Below, in pieces: positions 1 to 8,047 of a stretch of DNA of 48,195 bases. Position 1 is the first letter of the stretch, and every line of letters starts with the position of its first letter. This DNA is from an uncultured Sulfurimonas sp. (lineage in GTDB: Bacteria > Campylobacterota > Campylobacteria > Campylobacterales > Sulfurimonadaceae), in assembly GCA_964461645.1 (NCBI GenBank), contig CAYWVG010000001.1, forward strand, positions 1-48,195. The letters run 5' to 3'. The notes below the pieces were generated by a model, which was not told the DNA's origin, did not search any database, and saw only the letters and a program-made list of their open reading frames with translations. The position numbers and the translations under genes were made by a program.

Positions 1-2
1 TA

Positions 3-386
3 CTATCAACTTTAGCAGAAATGGAAGATAATGAGACTACAAAAAAAGTCCTAAACAGCTCCATAGAAGTTAAAAAAGTCCAAAGTGAAGATATGCCAAA
101 AAGACATTCTCTCTTAGCATCCTCAATGATAAAAGAGGAAAAAGAGGTTGAGGAAGCCTGTGAAGAGATAGAAGAAAACGAAGAAAATGATTTAGCATCA
201 ATGGAGAGTGAAGAGTCTTTTTTAAATTCTCTAAAAGAGAGAATGTTAGTCCTTTTTGAAGGTTTTCAAGCACCAAATAACACGGGCATTGATGCTAAAG
301 TAGATATGACTCTAAACTTTTTAGAGTATGTTTTAGCAAATATAGAATTAAGAAAAGAAGAGTTGAAAAAAGGAAAACAAAAGTGA
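3..386 (+). CDS. CiaD-like protein, 5'-truncated at the window edge
   Basis: Frame is open to the edge (LSTLAEMEDN...). The C-terminus FLNSLKERMLVLFEGF...DMTLNFLEYVLANIE resembles the conserved domain of Campylobacter CiaD. Stop overlaps the purU start (GTGA). Confidence 0.65.
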   Translation, partial: LSTLAEMEDNETTKKVLNSSIEVKKVQSEDMPKRHSLLASSMIKEEKEVEEACEEIEENEENDLASMESEESFLNSLKERMLVLFEGFQAPNNTGIDAKVDMTLNFLEYVLANIELRKEELKKGKQK

Positions 387-1219
387 GTCAATATAGAGTC
401 TTAATAGATGCAAATGATGAGATGGGATTAGTTCATAAGATATCTACTGTTTTTTGTAACCACAACCTAAATATGCTATCAAACAGTGAGTTTGTGGATA
501 AAGAAAATAATAAATTTTTTATGAGAAGTGTAGTTGATGGAGAGATAGATTTTCAAAGCCTAGAAGCTGACCTTCTAAAAACACTCCCAAGTGATGCAAA
601 TATAAAACTAATAGACCCAAAAAAGAAAAACATCATTATTATGGCGACGAAAGAGCTTCATGCCTTAGGCGATATTCTTATAAGATATGAAGCAGGGGAG
701 CTAGATGCAAATATCTTAGCAGTTATCTCAAACTATGATGATTTAGAATCTTTTGTAGGCAGATTTAACATTCCATATATCACTGTTTCACATGAGGGCT
801 ATGAGAGGTTAGAACACGAACAAAAAATCATGAAATGCATCGATAGTTTTAGCGATATTGATTATATAGTATTAGCAAAATATATGCGCATACTTACTCC
901 TAGGTTTGTAGAAGCATATCAAGATAAAATCATCAATATTCACCACTCTTTTTTACCAGCTTTCATAGGTGCAAACCCTTATAAACAAGCTTATAACAGA
1001 GGTGTTAAGATCATTGGTGCAACTGCACACTTTGTAAATAACAACCTTGACGAGGGTCCAATCATAGCTCAAGAAGTTATCCACGTAGACCATGCATATA
1101 GTTGGAGAGATATGCAAAGTTCAGGAAGAGATGTTGAAAAAGTAGTCCTCTCCCGTGCTCTAAAGTTAGCACTTGAAGATAGAATCTTTGTTTATGCCAA
1201 CAAAACAGTAATTTTTTAA
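383..1219 (+). CDS. purU: formyltetrahydrofolate deformylase
   Basis: N-terminal ACT-like domain; motifs VLAKYMRIL, INIHHSFLPAFIGANPY, GVKIIGATAHFV, LDEGPII. Confidence 0.97.
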   Translation: MSQYRVLIDANDEMGLVHKISTVFCNHNLNMLSNSEFVDKENNKFFMRSVVDGEIDFQSLEADLLKTLPSDANIKLIDPKKKNIIIMATKELHALGDILIRYEAGELDANILAVISNYDDLESFVGRFNIPYITVSHEGYERLEHEQKIMKCIDSFSDIDYIVLAKYMRILTPRFVEAYQDKIINIHHSFLPAFIGANPYKQAYNRGVKIIGATAHFVNNNLDEGPIIAQEVIHVDHAYSWRDMQSSGRDVEKVVLSRALKLALEDRIFVYANKTVIF

Positions 1220-1687
1220 ATGTTCAATTTAGTTTTAGTAAATCCTCAAATCCCAAATAACACGGGCGCAATAGGGCGACTTTGCGTAAATGCTGGAGTG
1301 GCTTTGCATATTATAAAACCTATAGCTTTTGATATGGATGAAAAAGCAGTCAGACGAGCAGGACTTGACTACTGGAGTAAGCTTGATCTGCATGTTTGGG
1401 AAAGTATAGATGAGTTTTTTCTTAATAACGAAATAACAAACAATGCTCACTTTGCTACGACAAAAACTGACAGACCTTACTTTGAAGCTGAATTTAAAAA
1501 AGGTGATTTTATCTTTTTTGGAAGTGAAACAGCAGGGATAGATGAAAAAATACTAAATAAATATAAGAGCCAAAACATAACTATACCCATGACAAAAGAT
1601 GGAAGAAGTTTAAACTTAGCTATAAGCACTGGGATAGTTCTCTACGATGCCATCAGGCAAAACTACTCTAGCTTTAAGGAATCATAA
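1220..1687 (+). CDS. trmL: tRNA (cytidine/uridine-2'-O)-methyltransferase, SPOUT family
   Basis: PQIPNNTGAIGRLC, RRAGLDYW, FGSETAG and RSLNLA motifs. Confidence 0.95.
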   Translation: MFNLVLVNPQIPNNTGAIGRLCVNAGVALHIIKPIAFDMDEKAVRRAGLDYWSKLDLHVWESIDEFFLNNEITNNAHFATTKTDRPYFEAEFKKGDFIFFGSETAGIDEKILNKYKSQNITIPMTKDGRSLNLAISTGIVLYDAIRQNYSSFKES

Positions 1688-1845
1688 TGCACCCAGTCAT
1701 AGACACTATAATGGTTATACTTTTTGTTATCTTTATGATATTTATCTTTGGTGGTTACCATAAAAATAAATCTGCTCAAAGAGAAGCAGAGTTTAAAAAA
1801 CAAGAAGAAAATAATAAACAAGATATAAAAGAGAGTAAAAAGTAA
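1687..1845 (+). CDS. small single-pass membrane protein (52 aa), absent from the ORF track
   Basis: ATG overlaps the trmL stop (TAATG). Translation MHPVIDTIMVILFVIFMIFIFGGYHKNKSAQREAEFKKQEENNKQDIKESKK gives a hydrophobic helix and a charged tail. Confidence 0.7.
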   Translation: MHPVIDTIMVILFVIFMIFIFGGYHKNKSAQREAEFKKQEENNKQDIKESKK

Positions 1846-1985
1846 TTTAGAAAATTTTACTCGCTAAAAATCCTATATAACTCTCAAATCTCTCAAATAG
1901 ATCTTGTGCAATCTCAATTTTCATAACACATCCTTCAAATTAATTACTAAATTATATACATTTCTACAAGTTATTTGTAGAAATA

Positions 1986-2035
1986 TGACAAAATGTCAAA
2001 TATATTTTGACATAATGGCAAAAACCTAGTATAGT
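1986..2035 (+). promoter_or_regulatory. sigma70 promoter with two palindromic operator-like boxes
   Basis: TTGACA (2007-2012), 17 bp, TATAGT (2030-2035). Boxes TGACAAAATGTCA (1986-1998) and TGACATAATGGCA (2008-2020). Confidence 0.7.
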
Positions 2036-2059
2036 GTTAGAAAATCTAGGAGAAATGAC

Positions 2060-2719
2060 ATGAAAAACTTTTTAGATATCGTTGAAGAGATAAAGAGTAT
2101 CATATCAGCAGAATTTGGTTCAAAAAAGATTTTTGACAAAGATGTAGCAGATGTTTTAGGAGTTTCGCAGATGAACTTCGCAACTATGAAAAAAAGAAAT
2201 AAAGTTCCTTTTGGTGAACTGATGGACTTTTGTGCAGCGAGAAGAATCTCTATAAACTGGATGCTCTATGGTCAATCGCCTGAGAGTCTAGTAGAGGCTA
2301 CTAACAAGTTCTATATGGTTAGATATCTAAGTGAAGTAAATGCATCTGCTGGTGGTGGAGCTGATGATCAATATGAAGATGTAGAAGAGCTAGAACTACC
2401 TGAGAGTTTTGTAGCTCTCTTAGGTGGAGAGAGTGAACTTAAAAACATAGAGGCTCTAAATGTTACAGGTGATTCTATGGAACCAACTTTTAGTTATAAT
2501 GACATTATTTTTATAAACAGAACAAAGACCGATTTGCAAAGAGGTGGCATCTTTACTATAAGAACTGATGCTGGACTTTTTATAAAAAGAGTTCAAAAGC
2601 GTATAGATGGAAAGATAGATATAATTTCTGACAATCCAGTCTACTCAACACAAACACTAAACCTCAATGAAATAGAGGTTCTAGGTAGAGTTGTTAGTAG
2701 ATTTGGGGATGTCGATTAG
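2060..2719 (+). CDS. CI/LexA-like repressor (phage CI-type HTH plus S24 peptidase)
   Basis: N-terminal HTH (DKDVADVLGVSQMNFATMKKR...INWML), Ala-Gly site (ASAGGG), catalytic Ser (GDSMEP) and Lys (FIKRV). RBS AGGAG. Confidence 0.9.
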   Translation: MKNFLDIVEEIKSIISAEFGSKKIFDKDVADVLGVSQMNFATMKKRNKVPFGELMDFCAARRISINWMLYGQSPESLVEATNKFYMVRYLSEVNASAGGGADDQYEDVEELELPESFVALLGGESELKNIEALNVTGDSMEPTFSYNDIIFINRTKTDLQRGGIFTIRTDAGLFIKRVQKRIDGKIDIISDNPVYSTQTLNLNEIEVLGRVVSRFGDVD

Positions 2720-2728
2720 GATAAAAGT

Positions 2729-4051
2729 TTGAGATATATTGTTTTAGTTATAGTTAGTATGTTTTTTATTTCTTGTGCAACAAAAGAGAGTGCTATCAAA
2801 AAGCTTGAGAAAAAAAATATAGAGATATATGAAGTAACAAATATACCTCAAGATGTGGAATTTTTTACAAGAAATGCACCAAAAAAGAGAGAAAAAGAAA
2901 AAATTCAGAGCAAATATGAAAAGCACTACTTTAGTGTGTGGAACAATGAAAAGCCTAGAGAGTCTCTAGAGAGTGTTATGTGGCCATTTAGAGCTTATGG
3001 AGCAAAAAACAGTTATGCAGAAAATTTTCATCCAATAGACCAAGAATTTTTTACTAAGATGCAAACAAACTCAAACTTTGATGACTATGGCTCTCTAAGT
3101 ACAAGAGCTATAACCTTGAGGCATGTAGATATGAGAGTTTTCCCTACTACTAAGCCACTGCTAAGAGATCCAAATATAGCTGGGGAAGGTTTTCCTTTTG
3201 ACTATCTGCAAAACTCAACTCTTGGGGCAAACAAACCTATTTTGGTGTCTCACTACTCAAAAGATAGAGAGTGGCTTTATGCTTTTAGCAGCTTTGCATC
3301 TGGCTGGATAAAGTCTAGTGAAGTTGTTTTTTTGCAAAAAGAACATACAGATGCTTGGCAAAACGCACAGCAAATATTTTTTATAAAAGACAATCAAGCT
3401 ATATACGACTCAAATGGTAATTTTCTTTTTACTTCAAAACTAGGAACTCTTTTAGCTCTTATATCTGAAGATGAAGAGAGTTATATGGCACTAGCTATAT
3501 CTTCATATAAAAACTCTAAGCCACTTTTTGAGAGAGTTAAAATCTCTAAAAATATAGCAAAGAAAGAGGTTTTAACTCTTGATGGTGACTCATTAAATGT
3601 TGTAATGAAGGAAGTTTTTAAAGATAATTATGGATGGGGCGGAATGTATGGACAAAGAGATTGTTCATCAATGCTTAGGGATATGTACGCTCCTTTTGGC
3701 ATTTGGCTTCCTAGAAATTCAAGTCAACAAGCTAGAGTAGGTGAAATTATCAGTTTAGAAAACCTTAGTGATGATGAAAAGATATCTGTCATAAAAGAAA
3801 AAGCAATACCTTTTGAGACACTTCTGTATATCAAGGGCCATATAGTCCTTTATGTAGGATTTTTGGGTGAAGAGATAATCATTTTTCATAATACTTGGGG
3901 TGTTAAAACTATAGAAAATGGAGTTAGAGGCAGAGCGGTTGTCGGAAAAACTATCTTTAGCACGCTTGAATTTGGAAATGACTTACCAAACTATGACGAA
4001 AACTCCAGCATACTAAGAAACTTAAAGAGTATGAATATTTTAACGCGTTAG
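2729..4051 (+). CDS. NlpC/P60 (C40) cell-wall peptidase lipoprotein with SH3b-like domains
   Basis: Lipobox FFISC; YGWGG...RDCSS catalytic Cys, LPRNS, KGHIVLY His. Confidence 0.88.
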   Translation: MRYIVLVIVSMFFISCATKESAIKKLEKKNIEIYEVTNIPQDVEFFTRNAPKKREKEKIQSKYEKHYFSVWNNEKPRESLESVMWPFRAYGAKNSYAENFHPIDQEFFTKMQTNSNFDDYGSLSTRAITLRHVDMRVFPTTKPLLRDPNIAGEGFPFDYLQNSTLGANKPILVSHYSKDREWLYAFSSFASGWIKSSEVVFLQKEHTDAWQNAQQIFFIKDNQAIYDSNGNFLFTSKLGTLLALISEDEESYMALAISSYKNSKPLFERVKISKNIAKKEVLTLDGDSLNVVMKEVFKDNYGWGGMYGQRDCSSMLRDMYAPFGIWLPRNSSQQARVGEIISLENLSDDEKISVIKEKAIPFETLLYIKGHIVLYVGFLGEEIIIFHNTWGVKTIENGVRGRAVVGKTIFSTLEFGNDLPNYDENSSILRNLKSMNILTR

Positions 4052-4063
4052 ATATAAAAGCTT

Positions 4064-4369
4064 TTAAGCCTTTATATCTAAGAGTGAGCCTAGCATCTCA
4101 TCTTGTGTTTTTATAGAAGTTACATTTGCCGCAGTCGCACCTTGGACTATCATTTGGTCTGGAATTTCTTTAGCTAAATCTGTTTGACTTCTCATAGATC
4201 CAGAATCGTCAGACATTCTTGCATTGGCTGTGACTGAACCATTGTTGCTTGACATTCTTGTGTCTGATGGAGTAAATCGATCTGTATTTACATTTGCTAT
4301 GTTATTTGCATTTGTATTCATCATACTTTGATGAGCAGCTATTGATGAGATATTGTTTGAAATATTCAT
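4064..4369 (-). CDS. small flagellar basal-body rod/hook-family protein (N- and C-terminal D0 motifs only)
   Basis: ANNIANVNT motif and C-terminal DLAKEIPDQM...ANVTSIKTQDEMLGSLLDIKA. RBS AGGAG. Confidence 0.8.
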   Translation of the reverse strand: MNISNNISSIAAHQSMMNTNANNIANVNTDRFTPSDTRMSSNNGSVTANARMSDDSGSMRSQTDLAKEIPDQMIVQGATAANVTSIKTQDEMLGSLLDIKA

Positions 4370-4463
4370 GAAAACTCCTAGTTTTATTTTTATATGTAAA
4401 GACTATTTGGTCACTATTATAATCTTATATTTATAAAATGAAGATTATAAGTAAAAAGTAGTA

Positions 4464-4952
4464 TTAGTTAAGTGTATTTAATATAGATAGATTTAAAGAA
4501 GTGGCTTCAAGACTTCTTATTGAATCATCTTTAAAAATAAATGTTACTTTATATCTGCCATCTAAAAAAGTGTTATTTAATACTTGCTCATATAATGCTA
4601 AAATAGTTTGAATATTTTTATGTGAATCTCCATGTGCTTCATCAATATATGGAGTAAAAGCATTTAAACAACTCTTTAAAAAAGCTTCATTTATATCACA
4701 TACAACCTCATTTTTATTGAAATTCACTTCTACTTCTTGCTCTTTTAGTGCTTGTATAAAAATAGCTGCACTTGCAAAATTTTCATTAGAATTAGCTACA
4801 AGATATGCTGCCTGAGGTGTCTTTTGTCTATTTTTCTCTAGTAAATCTATTTTACAAATACCAAAAGCCAAAGGATCTTGATAGCTTAAAATGTTTACTT
4901 TTATCTTCTGTATTAGTGTCTTAAAAGCTTTTTTTGTTTCTATAATTTCCAA
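4464..4952 (-). CDS. stand-alone N-terminal domain of Campylobacterota-type DapD (no acyltransferase domain)
   Basis: YQDPLAFGICKID...NENFASAAIF...SHKNIQ resembles the DapD N-terminus; the ORF ends before any hexapeptide repeats. TTG start with AGAGGA RBS. Confidence 0.7.
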   Translation of the reverse strand: MEIIETKKAFKTLIQKIKVNILSYQDPLAFGICKIDLLEKNRQKTPQAAYLVANSNENFASAAIFIQALKEQEVEVNFNKNEVVCDINEAFLKSCLNAFTPYIDEAHGDSHKNIQTILALYEQVLNNTFLDGRYKVTFIFKDDSIRSLEATSLNLSILNTLN

Positions 4953-5071
4953 GATTTTCCTCTTTATAGTTTATTATGATTATTATACTAAAAAAACTAT
5001 TGCCAAAATTTAAGTATCATATATTTCTGGTTATAATAATTTTAAAGTTAAAATACAAAAAAGAGAATATT

Positions 5072-5575
5072 GTGCAAAAATGGATAGAAATTTTAAAAAA
5101 AAATGATTTTATTGGTGTTAAAAAATACATAAAAAGTGGTGGTAATGTGAATGATGCCAATGACACTGGAGAGTCAGTTTTAGCTTATGCCATCAGAAAC
5201 AGATGTGATATGGATTTACTTTTTCTTTTAGTTGAGAGTGGTGCTGATATTTATGATTTTGATGATGAAGGTGTTAGTGTTTTTGACATGTCAGTGACGT
5301 ACAACAACATTGATATGGTAAATTTTATACTTGAAAAAGGTGTTGATGTCAACTGTACAAACAGAAGAAGTAGATTTACTCCACTTATGGCAGCTGTATC
5401 TTATGGTCGTATAGAAATTGTAAAGCTACTTTTAAAACACGGTGCAGATCAAAATGCGACAGATGAAAAGGGTTTTTCTTCTATAGACTTTGCTAGAAAG
5501 ATGAACAAAAAAAGTATATTAGCCATACTAGATTATGATGAAAATGGGCATAAAAATAAAGCTTATGCAAGGTAG
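5072..5575 (+). CDS. ankyrin repeat protein
   Basis: Repeats such as FTPLMAAVSYGRIEIVKLLLKHGAD and LLVESGAD. GTG at 5072 is a more plausible start than 4976. Confidence 0.88.
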   Translation: MQKWIEILKKNDFIGVKKYIKSGGNVNDANDTGESVLAYAIRNRCDMDLLFLLVESGADIYDFDDEGVSVFDMSVTYNNIDMVNFILEKGVDVNCTNRRSRFTPLMAAVSYGRIEIVKLLLKHGADQNATDEKGFSSIDFARKMNKKSILAILDYDENGHKNKAYAR

Positions 5576-5596
5576 TTTTTCTTTTTTATAAAGCAG

Positions 5597-5680
5597 TGGT
5601 ACCGATGGCCGGACTTGAACCGGCAAGCCGTGAAGCGGTTGATTTTGAATCAACTGAGTTTACCATTTCTCCACATCGGC
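5597..5680 (-). tRNA. tRNA-Leu(CAA)
   Basis: Minus strand GCCGATG...GTTGA-TTCAAAA-TCAAC, long variable arm, GGTTCAAGTCC T-arm, encoded CCA. Confidence 0.96.
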
Positions 5681-5752
5681 TGATAAAAAAGAAGAAGGAA
5701 TGATAGTGGTATAATCCTTAAAAGTAAATAACATTTGGTCGATTATAGCCTA

Positions 5753-5768
5753 TGGAACTTTTATTGCT
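5753..5768 (+). promoter_or_regulatory. sigma54 (-24/-12) promoter of flgL
   Basis: TGGAAC-TTTTA-TTGCT with GG-N10-GC spacing, about 55 bp upstream of flgL. Confidence 0.75.
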
Positions 5769-5822
5769 TAGATTTAAACAATAAAAAGATTTATATAGAA
5801 TAAAAGTAAACGGAGGTTCGTT

Positions 5823-7934
5823 ATGAGAGTTACATCTAGTATGTACTATGAAAGTCTCTATGGAGCAAACAATTCCAAGATTAATAAAAAACTTTTTGAT
5901 GTCAACAAGCAGATAGCTTCAGGGTTGAAAATCCAGTATGCAAAAGATGATGTTAGAACATTTGCTGAGACAATGAGGCTTGATAATGAACTCTCAACTA
6001 TTGGACAGATTAAAAAAAGTACTCAGAGTGGTTATAAAATAGCAAACCAAACAGATGTTGTTTTAAATGAGTTTGAGACAACAATGAACCGCATGAGAAC
6101 ACTATTGCTCCAAGCAGCCAACGCAACTAATAGTGCAACATCATTAGATGCTGTTGCACAGGAACTTAGAGTCATAGAGGACCATCTTAAAAATCTATCA
6201 AACACATCTATAAACGGCCAGTTTCTCTTCTCTGGAACCGCGGTAGATATAAAACCAATATCTGATGATGGAACATACAATGGAAATAATGGCTCATTAA
6301 ATTCTTTTTTAGGCTCAAATGCACAGCAGCGATACAATATTTCTGGTGCAGATCTTTTTTTAGGAGAAGAGAGCTTAACAAAGAGAACAATTACAAGTAA
6401 TGTGGTAAATTCAAATTTAATTTCAAAATATCCAGCTCTTCAAGGTCCTACAGATGTTGGAGTTCCTTCTGCTCTTACTCCAAACAGTACTATTCGTAAT
6501 CTAATGGGTGATACAGACAATACTTCAACCCCTTCAAATGATCACTATTTTTATATAAGTGGCGCTAAAAGTGATGGAGTGGCATTCAAACAAAAGATAG
6601 CAATGACAGATGACCAAAAAATTGATGAACTTTTAACTCAAATTGGAAATGCTTTTGGCAACACACCTAACTTAAAGATTGTAAATGTAACATTAAATAG
6701 TTCAGGGCAAATAGTAGTTGAAGATAAGATAAAAGGTTCTAGTAAACTTGACTTTCATATGGTCGGAGCAGTTGATTTTAGTGGCGGAGGCGCTGCAAAT
6801 ATAACTGATATCAATCTTCTAGATGATGGAGAGAATGATTTTAATAAAATTATGACAGGGACGAGTACAGCAGCAAATCCAGATCTATACGTAAAAGAAT
6901 TTATTAAATCTGGTTACACATCTGCTGCTAATACGGCTACGAATATAGAAGGTATAGTTTATGATAGAACAAATTTTGAAAAAAATGGTTCTAAATTATC
7001 ATCAACAGTTCCGCAAATACTAAAAGGGAACAATGCTTTTGCTCAAAACTCTACAAAGCTATCTGAAGTTGCAGATTTGACACAAGCGCCTAATGTTGGT
7101 TCACTCGCTGGAACTACATTTAAACTTACTGGTACAAATGTAACTGGTGCCGCATTTGATGTACAGATAGACCTTAAAAATACTCTAGGTGGTGGCTCTA
7201 CCTTCTCACTAGATGGCGGTGCTACTAACTATGAAATTTTTAATATGGACACGCCAAGGTCAGCGATAAATGCTGATGATATGACATATAAACAATTTAT
7301 GGATGTTATAAACATGGTTACTACAGGAAACATACCAGCAAACGCTTTTCCTGCTGGTACTGCCGGTGAATATGATACTGCAATAGCTTCATCTGATCTT
7401 GTTGGGCGTACATTTTTAAGCTATGATGGAAAAATACAGTTTCAAGAAATAGGAACTTCTGATACTCAAGCTTCTATGTCCATTCATGATATAAATAGTG
7501 GAGATTTTTCTGCTCCTGCATCTGTAATGACATTTAATGCTAACAATGGTATAGCTATTCGAGACCCAAAAACAGACTTTTTCAAAACTTTAGATGCTAT
7601 GGTTACGTCAGTTGAAAACTACAAGTTATATCCAGATAGCTCAAGTGGAGATCTTAGAAACATCGGTATAGAAAATGCCATCGCGATGATGGATGATTTA
7701 CAAGATCATATTTTTAGAGCACATTCAATGGTAGGATCACAATCAAATGCACTAACGCTCTCTAAAGAGAGAGTAGAACTCTTAGAGATAAGCACTATGA
7801 CTCTTCGTTCATCTGTTATAGATACAGATTTAGCTGAGGCATCGCTCACTTTAACACAACTCTCGCTAAACTATGAGGCTATGCTCTCAACTGTAGGAAA
7901 AGTTTCAAAGTTAAGCCTTGTAAACTACTTGTAG
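5823..7934 (+). CDS. flgL: flagellar hook-associated protein 3
   Basis: QIASGLKIQ, NTSINGQFLFSG and C-terminal DTDLAEA...YEAMLSTVGKVSKLSLVNYL; long central region typical of Campylobacterota. Confidence 0.92.
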   Translation: MRVTSSMYYESLYGANNSKINKKLFDVNKQIASGLKIQYAKDDVRTFAETMRLDNELSTIGQIKKSTQSGYKIANQTDVVLNEFETTMNRMRTLLLQAANATNSATSLDAVAQELRVIEDHLKNLSNTSINGQFLFSGTAVDIKPISDDGTYNGNNGSLNSFLGSNAQQRYNISGADLFLGEESLTKRTITSNVVNSNLISKYPALQGPTDVGVPSALTPNSTIRNLMGDTDNTSTPSNDHYFYISGAKSDGVAFKQKIAMTDDQKIDELLTQIGNAFGNTPNLKIVNVTLNSSGQIVVEDKIKGSSKLDFHMVGAVDFSGGGAANITDINLLDDGENDFNKIMTGTSTAANPDLYVKEFIKSGYTSAANTATNIEGIVYDRTNFEKNGSKLSSTVPQILKGNNAFAQNSTKLSEVADLTQAPNVGSLAGTTFKLTGTNVTGAAFDVQIDLKNTLGGGSTFSLDGGATNYEIFNMDTPRSAINADDMTYKQFMDVINMVTTGNIPANAFPAGTAGEYDTAIASSDLVGRTFLSYDGKIQFQEIGTSDTQASMSIHDINSGDFSAPASVMTFNANNGIAIRDPKTDFFKTLDAMVTSVENYKLYPDSSSGDLRNIGIENAIAMMDDLQDHIFRAHSMVGSQSNALTLSKERVELLEISTMTLRSSVIDTDLAEASLTLTQLSLNYEAMLSTVGKVSKLSLVNYL

Positions 7935-8047
7935 GTTTTTCATAGCATTAATTTTTATTGCATATTGCCAAAAAAGTTCCTTACTGGAACGATTTTGGCT
8001 ATACTTCATCTATAAAACAATCATCCACATCTTAAAGGCAACTCGTA

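Noticed and set aside
4976-5071. Upstream start for the ankyrin protein
   Set aside because: AT-rich promoter-like sequence containing TATAAT; GTG 5072 is more plausible.
2060-5680. Prophage or island integrated at the tRNA-Leu 3' end
   Set aside because: No integrase, no phage structural genes, and I found no duplicate of the tRNA 3' end.
5823-7934. 703-aa FlgL as an unusual giant or as a flagellin
   Set aside because: Long FlgL is normal in Campylobacterota, and the termini match FlgL.
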